Shown here piece by piece: positions 57,974 through 64,000 of a stretch of 64,000 nt of DNA (positions within the stretch are counted from its first letter, which is position 1; every line of letters begins with the position of its first letter). The stretch spans positions 1,184,001-1,248,000 of the forward strand of contig OZ246001.1 in NCBI GenBank assembly GCA_965230295.1, given 5' to 3'. Position numbers and translations under genes: made by a program. The DNA is from Marinicella sp. (GTDB lineage: Bacteria; Pseudomonadota; Gammaproteobacteria; Xanthomonadales; Marinicellaceae). The notes beneath the pieces were generated by a model. That model was given only the letters and a program-made list of their open reading frames with translations, was not told where the DNA came from and did no database searches.

Positions 57974-58084
57974 TCACAGCACCCATTTAATGACTGAACT
58001 GATCGTCAACAACACCACCACACCACCCAACCACAATAGACCAAACCACAACCACTGCTTTTGTTTATCACTTAATTTCATCAT
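57974..58084 (-). CDS. Small single-TM protein downstream of cydB (DUF2474-like)
   Basis: Manual translation MMKLSDKQKQWLWFGLLWLGGVVVLLTISSVIKWVL*, starting 4 nt after the cydB stop; not in the ORF track. Confidence 0.72.
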   Translation of the reverse strand: MMKLSDKQKQWLWFGLLWLGGVVVLLTISSVIKWVL

Positions 58085-58088
58085 GGAA

Positions 58089-59093
58089 TCAATGGTAACT
58101 GTCTTCGTTGCTCACTTTACCGCGGAAGACCCAATAAGAATAGGCCGTATAAGCAATGATGGTGGGAATCAACACCCCTGCTCCAACCAATAAAAATTTC
58201 AAACTCGAATCAGGTGAAGCAGCCTCCCAAATATCAATCGAAGGCGGTACTATCTGTGGGTAGAAACTGATACATAACCCAAAAAAGCTCAACGCAAATA
58301 ATCCAATGGACAGTAAAAATGGAGCCAACTCTCGTCCTGTTTTGATCGCTCTGAGTAACCACAGACCCAGGCCTAATGTGATGATAGGCACGGGTGATAA
58401 GTACCAATAGTTTGGGTACTCAAACCAACGATTCATATAAGAGGCTTGCTTAAAAACCATCCAGATGCTTACCACCACTATCATCAGTCCCAAAGCCATG
58501 GCCAAGATAAAAGCCACTTTTTGACTGTATTGCTGTAAATCATCTTCGGTCTTGTAGATTAACCAACAGGCTCCCAATAGCGCATAGCCAATAATCACGG
58601 CAACCCCTGTCATCATACTGAATGGGGTCAACCAATCCCACCAACCACCGGCATAGGCCCGTTCCGCCACAACCACGCCTTGGACCAGAGCTCCTAGAGC
58701 GATGCCCTGAGTTAATGCGGCCACCAATGAACCCAAGGTAAAACCCAAATCCCAGCGCCTCTTTCCTGCTTCCGTCTCAGCTCGCCACCTGAATTCAAAA
58801 GCCACACCTCTGAATATCAAAGCCAACAACATCAAGATCAATGGCACATACAATGCCGGCATGATGATGGCAAATGCCAATGGAAAAGTCGCATAAAGCC
58901 CACCGCCCCCGAGTACCAACCAGGTTTCATTGCCATCCCAAAATGGGGCAATTGAATTCATTGCAGTGGCTTTATGTTCCTGTTGTTTAATGAATGGAAA
59001 CAACACACCTATGCCCAAATCAAATCCATCCAACACCACATATGCAAACACAGCAAATGCCATCAAACCAGCCCAAATCAACACATAATCCAT
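58089..59093 (-). CDS. cydB: Cytochrome bd ubiquinol oxidase subunit II
   Basis: LDGFDLGIG, PFWDGNETWL, RGVAFEFR, YWVFRGK. Confidence 0.96.
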   Translation of the reverse strand: MDYVLIWAGLMAFAVFAYVVLDGFDLGIGVLFPFIKQQEHKATAMNSIAPFWDGNETWLVLGGGGLYATFPLAFAIIMPALYVPLILMLLALIFRGVAFEFRWRAETEAGKRRWDLGFTLGSLVAALTQGIALGALVQGVVVAERAYAGGWWDWLTPFSMMTGVAVIIGYALLGACWLIYKTEDDLQQYSQKVAFILAMALGLMIVVVSIWMVFKQASYMNRWFEYPNYWYLSPVPIITLGLGLWLLRAIKTGRELAPFLLSIGLFALSFFGLCISFYPQIVPPSIDIWEAASPDSSLKFLLVGAGVLIPTIIAYTAYSYWVFRGKVSNEDSYH

Positions 59094-59094
59094 T

Positions 59095-60495
59095 TCACTT
59101 CTCCTCTTCAATCAAACCTTGAATTGGCGTGATACCAGCCGCTTTTCGAGGCAGGCCCAGCTTGATGTCCCGTTCATTGAGGCTCGGTGTACGTTGAAAG
59201 AGTTTGAACAAATAATAAATTCCAGCACCAAAAACCACAAAATAAACCACCACAAAAACCAACAAAGATGCATTCACAGCCGGTGCATCCAATGGCGAAA
59301 CTGAATCAATGGTTCTCAATAGTCCATAGACTGTGTAGGGTTGTCGGCCCACCTCTGTGGTGATCCAGCCAGCCAATATGGCCAATGATCCACTGGGCGC
59401 CATCAAAACGGCCACCCGCTGCAACCATGTAGAATCATAGAGCTTACTTCTGATGCGGGCTATCAAAGACCACAACCCAACCAAAGCCATGGCAAAACCT
59501 ATGGCCACCATCACCCTGAATGACCAAAACACCAAGGGCACATTGGGCCAATCTTCTTCCGGAAAAGCATCCAAACCCGGTAAATATCCATCCGGATCAT
59601 GGGTCAATATCAAACTACCTAATTTGGGTACGGCCACTTTTCCATGGATTGTTTTTTCTTCAGCATCTGGCCAACCGAATAAGATCAATGGTGCGCCATT
59701 TTGACTTTCAAAATGACCTTCCATGGCCGCAATTTTCATCGGCTGGTGTTTCAGGGTGTTGAGCCCATGTAAGTCGCCTGCCACAATTTGGATGGGGGCC
59801 ACAATCAATGCCATCCACATGGCCATTGAAAACATCAGTTTCGCCGCAGAATTGGTCCTGTCCTTCAACAAGTGCCAAGCTGACACACCGCCAACCAAAA
59901 AAGCTGTGGTCAGAAATGCCGCCAACATCATGTGGACAAAACGATAAGGAAAAGATGGATTAAACACCACTTGCCACCAGTCCACTGCAATGAATTGACC
60001 CACATCGTTGATCGCATAGCCAGCAGGTGTTTGCATCCAAGAATTTACCGATAGGATCCAAAATCCTGAGATCATGGTACCTACTGCCACCATGACAGTG
60101 GCAAAGAAATGCAGTTTTCGGCCAACTCGGTTTGAGCCGAATAACATCACACCCAAAAAACCGGCTTCTAAGAAAAAAGCCGTTAGGACTTCGTAACCCA
60201 TCAGTGGTCCCAATATAGGCCCGGTCTTATCAGAAAAGACGCTCCAGTTTGTCCCAATCTGGTAACTCATGACAATCCCGGAAACGACACCCATACCAAA
60301 AACCACAGCAAAAATCTTGATCCAATAACGCCAAATCCTCCGATAGATGTCTCTTTGAGTCTTTAACCACAAACCCTGTAAGACCATTAGATACCAGACC
60401 AGGCCAATCGAAATAGCAGGGAAAATGATGTGAAAAGCAATGGTGAAAGCGAACTGCAAACGGGCGGCCAAAACCGCATCAAACAACTCAAACAT
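59095..60495 (-). CDS. cydA: Cytochrome bd ubiquinol oxidase subunit I (short Q-loop, CIO-like)
   Basis: [38 protein letters not shown]. Confidence 0.96.
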   Translation of the reverse strand: MFELFDAVLAARLQFAFTIAFHIIFPAISIGLVWYLMVLQGLWLKTQRDIYRRIWRYWIKIFAVVFGMGVVSGIVMSYQIGTNWSVFSDKTGPILGPLMGYEVLTAFFLEAGFLGVMLFGSNRVGRKLHFFATVMVAVGTMISGFWILSVNSWMQTPAGYAINDVGQFIAVDWWQVVFNPSFPYRFVHMMLAAFLTTAFLVGGVSAWHLLKDRTNSAAKLMFSMAMWMALIVAPIQIVAGDLHGLNTLKHQPMKIAAMEGHFESQNGAPLILFGWPDAEEKTIHGKVAVPKLGSLILTHDPDGYLPGLDAFPEEDWPNVPLVFWSFRVMVAIGFAMALVGLWSLIARIRSKLYDSTWLQRVAVLMAPSGSLAILAGWITTEVGRQPYTVYGLLRTIDSVSPLDAPAVNASLLVFVVVYFVVFGAGIYYLFKLFQRTPSLNERDIKLGLPRKAAGITPIQGLIEEEK

Positions 60496-60817
60496 CAATG
60501 TGCTCCAGAGGTGAGTAAGGTGTGCCTTATATGTGGCGTCAAGGTATGAATTTTTCAAGTCAAATTCATTCGAAAATCGAACTTCTGAAAATCTGATAAA
60601 CTTATGTATTTAAAACATATTTTTTACCTTTCCACCCAATGTATCTTATGCATTCAAAAAGATTTAAAATCACCAATGAAGTCTCTGAGTACAAAGCAGA
60701 TTAAATGTATCAGGAATAGGAATAATGAACATCATTGAAAATAAGCCTTGAAAAACATGTACATTGCTCTGCAGACCGTTATAATACGCGGCTTTTGAAC
60801 ATCGGATAGGATAAATC

Positions 60818-61366
60818 ATGTCTGTAAAACATATCCCTGTAGGTAATGATGTGCCTCATGACATCAATGTATTGATAGAAATTCCACGCAATGGCGAAGC
60901 CATTAAGTACGAAGTCGACAAAGACTCTGGCATGATTTTGGTTGATCGCGTGTTAAACACCGCATTCAGATACCCATGTAACTACGGTTTTGTACCTCAC
61001 ACCTTATGTGGTGATGGTGACCCTGTGGACGTCTGTGTGATCATGCCTGTTCCTTTGTTACCAGGTTCAGTGATCAAATGTCGCCCTGTTGGTGTGTTGA
61101 AAATGACCGATGAAAGTGGCGAAGATGCGAAAATCATCGCCGTACCGGTCAACAAAGTCAGCGGCTTATACCGCCACGTCAGCGATGTTCGCGATGTGAA
61201 TGCCGAAACTCTGGACAAAATCGCTCACTTTTTTGAGCACTATAAAGACCTGGAAAAAGGCAAGTGGGTTAAGATTGAAGGCTGGGGTGGTGTTGAAGAA
61301 GCCAAACAAGAAATCCTCGACTCAGTTAAAAACTACGAAGAAGCCGAAGAAAAACCACGCTTCTGA
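60818..61366 (+). CDS. ppa: Inorganic pyrophosphatase
   Basis: KYEVDK, YPCNYGF, DGDPVD, HFFEHYKDLE. Confidence 0.97.
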   Translation: MSVKHIPVGNDVPHDINVLIEIPRNGEAIKYEVDKDSGMILVDRVLNTAFRYPCNYGFVPHTLCGDGDPVDVCVIMPVPLLPGSVIKCRPVGVLKMTDESGEDAKIIAVPVNKVSGLYRHVSDVRDVNAETLDKIAHFFEHYKDLEKGKWVKIEGWGGVEEAKQEILDSVKNYEEAEEKPRF

Positions 61367-61385
61367 CCAGTATCAACATGACAAG

Positions 61386-61414
61386 AAAACCCAGCTTCAA
61401 GCTGGGGTTTTTTT
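61386..61414 (+). terminator. Intrinsic terminator after ppa
   Basis: AAACCCAGC-TTCAA-GCTGGGG followed by a T-tract. Confidence 0.85.
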
Positions 61415-61534
61415 GCCTTAATATAATCAGCCAACCGCTTAACCTTGTTCAATTAATAACAAAAAACAGGTGTAATGATTGATAACCAACCACCTGAATG
61501 ATATCTTCTTGTGATAACTGAGAGGAGTTTGATC

Positions 61535-63187
61535 ATGAGCCTGAGCACCAACAAAGCCTATTTCATCAATCAAAGGGATGTGGTGTTGCGCATCCAACCC
61601 CAGGATAAAACCAGCAAAAATGCCGCCAACCACTTGATCCTGGGTGATTACCTCAGGTACCTGGGGGAGACCAATGGCGACTGGGCCAAGGTCAAATGCC
61701 GTGGCGATGAAGGGTGGCTCAAGAAAGACTGGTTCAGTGATCAACGGCTGTTAGAAATCAACTTTGTCGACATTGGTCAGGGCGATGGCTGCCATGTAGT
61801 CACTCCGGATGATGAAGTGATTCTGATCGATGCCGGCGAAGGAGAAGGGTTCACGGGTAAAGGAGGTGACAACATGACACGTTTCATCAGCTGGCGCTAC
61901 AACCTGCGTTGCCGTGACGATGCCGAACCGCCCTTTGACATTCAGCACGCGGTGATCACACACCCGGATTTGGACCACTATTTCGGTTTCCACAACCTGT
62001 TCTGTCACCCCAAACTCAATTTCAAAACCATCAGTCACAATGGCATCGTGGAACGGCCGTTGGCTGGCGCCAGCCAAAGTACCTTCATGTATGATCTGGG
62101 CCGCAAAGTACCCCCTGAACCGCGCAAGAAAACCTACCATTTGTGGGACACTGTTCGAACCCACCAAGACATGATTGACTTACTGGATGCCCATCCGAAT
62201 TCGCAAAAGTTCTATCTATCTACCCTCCGCGGTGCTCGCAACAACAACCCCAACGTCAAATTTAAATTCATTGATCAATCGTTGAAATTTTTCGATAAGT
62301 ACAACCAAAACAATGACCTGCAAATGGAAGTCCTCGGACCCATCACCGAAGACGTCACGTTCAACGGAGAAACCAAAGACTGCTTGATTAAATTAGGCAA
62401 TGAAGGCGAAACCAAGAACGGGCATTCAGTGATTTTCAAATTGAGGTTTGGTAAGTTGAAAGTGCTGTTAGGTGGAGATTTGAATGCCAAATCACAAGAT
62501 TACATCGCCCAATACTATTCTGGCATTGACACCAAAATGAGCGATTTGGAGGATGAGATCAGAGAAATCAGAGAAGATTTGATCAGTGACAACCTCACCA
62601 TCGATGAACGAAAAGCCATGGAACAAAGACTCGATGAGCACAAGAAATTATTGGACCTGATCATCAGCAAAACCCGTGGTGTGTTTCAATGTGACATTGC
62701 CAAAGCCTGCCACCACGGTGCCAGTGATGTGCTTGATTCATTCCTCAAAGCCATCAACCCCATAGCGACAGTGATTTCCAGTGGCGATGAAGAATCGCAC
62801 TCACATCCTAGGCCCGATGCCCTGGGCGCCTTCGGTAAAGCCAGTCGTGGGCATCGACCATTGATCTTTTCCACCGAATTGGCGCGCAGCTCACAAGAGT
62901 TTTCCTACCCCATTAAATCCTATGAGAAACTCAAAGCCCTGGATGCCAAAAAACAAGCGGCCTCCACCCAAGCCGATAAAGATGCCATCCAACAGGAAAT
63001 GGAAGAATTTCGCGACTCCAATGTGGCCCGCTACGGCATGATCACCATCCGCACCGACGGTGAACGGGTCATCATTGCCCAAAAGCTCGAAGAAGAACGA
63101 TCAGCCGGCCAGAAATGGGACATCTATGATTTGTTCTGGAATGAAAAACTGGAAGAGTTTGAGTATCGCAAAAGTGGCGGTCACTGA
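61535..63187 (+). CDS. SH3-like domain fused to a ComEC/Rec2-type metallo-beta-lactamase-fold hydrolase
   Basis: GAGGAG RBS; WAKV..EGW SH3-like segment; FVDIGQGDG, THPDLDH, NGHSV, GGD, HHG and HPR motifs; no signal peptide. Confidence 0.82.
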   Translation: MSLSTNKAYFINQRDVVLRIQPQDKTSKNAANHLILGDYLRYLGETNGDWAKVKCRGDEGWLKKDWFSDQRLLEINFVDIGQGDGCHVVTPDDEVILIDAGEGEGFTGKGGDNMTRFISWRYNLRCRDDAEPPFDIQHAVITHPDLDHYFGFHNLFCHPKLNFKTISHNGIVERPLAGASQSTFMYDLGRKVPPEPRKKTYHLWDTVRTHQDMIDLLDAHPNSQKFYLSTLRGARNNNPNVKFKFIDQSLKFFDKYNQNNDLQMEVLGPITEDVTFNGETKDCLIKLGNEGETKNGHSVIFKLRFGKLKVLLGGDLNAKSQDYIAQYYSGIDTKMSDLEDEIREIREDLISDNLTIDERKAMEQRLDEHKKLLDLIISKTRGVFQCDIAKACHHGASDVLDSFLKAINPIATVISSGDEESHSHPRPDALGAFGKASRGHRPLIFSTELARSSQEFSYPIKSYEKLKALDAKKQAASTQADKDAIQQEMEEFRDSNVARYGMITIRTDGERVIIAQKLEEERSAGQKWDIYDLFWNEKLEEFEYRKSGGH

Positions 63188-63197
63188 CCGGGCCCGC

Positions 63198-63561
63198 CAT
63201 CCCGACCGATGCCGGCCGTTACCACCTCCTGCTCTCAAGGCACGCCTACATCCATGTAGGCGAGGGATCTCACAAGACGAAACCCCATGTCATCCCGAGC
63301 ACAGCCGAGGGATCTCCCTAAGCTGATTTGATGGTTAAATCTATGAGTTTGAAACCTCAATAGCCCTAGAGTCCAAGGTCGACTGAAGTCGACGCTCCGT
63401 ATGGTTTTTTTGGAGCGTTGACTTCATGCTATGAAAAATCTCTGACTTGCATATAAATTCTCTTACAGAAAATCCGTTTTATTCGACTGATCATGCTTTA
63501 GGATAGTTTATATACTGATCAACACTTATTATCGTCATACCGGCGCAAGCCGGTATGACGA
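63198..63561. repeat. Cluster of REP-like palindromes
   Basis: CATCCCGA..CGAGGGATCTC x2; CGCCTACA-TCCA-TGTAGGCG; GTCGAC-TGAA-GTCGACGCTCC..GGAGCGTTGACTTCA; TCGTCATACCGGC-GCAA-GCCGGTATGACGA. Confidence 0.7.
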
Positions 63562-63572
63562 CGTTATTTGGA

Positions 63573-63842
63573 TTAAATGAATTGTATGAAATACCAGGCG
63601 TGTAATATCAGCACTACTTGAGGAAGCATTGAATACCATTTTTTCTTTTGTAGGACCATACCAGCAAAGCCAAACAGTCCACCAAATGCTTGAAGGTATA
63701 AGGCAAACATCAAACCATAACCATGTCTATCAAGTCTGCCAAGTAATTCAATTTCAACCAATATAAAGAATGAATATGCAAACATCAAAATACAAATGAC
63801 GATTTCAATCCAGGAAATTACTTGAAGGATTTTCCTATTCAT
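63573..63842 (-). CDS. Small membrane protein
   Basis: Three hydrophobic segments; overlaps the mpl stop. Confidence 0.6.
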   Translation of the reverse strand: MNRKILQVISWIEIVICILMFAYSFFILVEIELLGRLDRHGYGLMFALYLQAFGGLFGFAGMVLQKKKWYSMLPQVVLILHAWYFIQFI

Positions 63843-64000
63843 TCATCAACTCAAACAGCCTCCTCGGCGCATTCTCAAAGCCGCCGTTGCTCATCATCAC
63901 CACTTGATCGCCAGGTTGGAGGTCTTGCTGCAGGTGCGTCAGTAATTCATCGACTGAGGTCATCACCTCGCATTGGTCAGCCAGTTGGGCTTTGATGTTG
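63835..64000 (-). CDS. mpl: UDP-MurNAc:tripeptide ligase Mpl (3' end only)
   Basis: Manual translation ...VDELLTHLQQDLQPGDQVVMMSNGGFENAPRRLFELMNE*; MSNGGF is the Mpl C-terminal signature. Confidence 0.8.
   Translation of the reverse strand, partial: NIKAQLADQCEVMTSVDELLTHLQQDLQPGDQVVMMSNGGFENAPRRLFELMNE

Noticed and set aside
1543-63326. Numerous 60-200 aa ORFs overlapping longer genes on the opposite strand or in another frame
   Set aside because: They have no recognisable motifs and are explained as shadows of the well-supported CDSs.

Overview
A 64 kb chromosomal window, about 43-45% GC by eye, from a marine gammaproteobacterium. The gene style suggests a Marinicella/Wenzhouxiangella-like organism; this is inference. 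Core genes present: partial ilvE and leuACDB transcribed divergently, each with an unannotated leader peptide; rlmB-rnr; ubiK; rhlE; class II nrdJ; alkB; comM; cydAB plus a small DUF2474-like ORF; ppa; partial mpl. These are interspersed with many accessory secreted proteins, membrane proteins and regulators. Four observations stand out. (1) Six unrelated exported proteins carry the same short tag, D-x-I-F-x-x-[GD]-F-[EDQ], five of them at or near the C-terminus, which suggests an uncharacterised sorting or anchoring system. (2) An operon encodes an ECF sigma factor, a zinc-finger anti-sigma fused to a vWA domain, and a 1,030-aa repeat membrane protein. (3) A 101-bp duplication of the comM 5' end brackets an integrase-free, low-GC BspA/DUF285 adhesin cassette. 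(4) The rhlE leader holds a candidate structured RNA. No rRNA, tRNA, CRISPR array, transposase or integrase was recognised.
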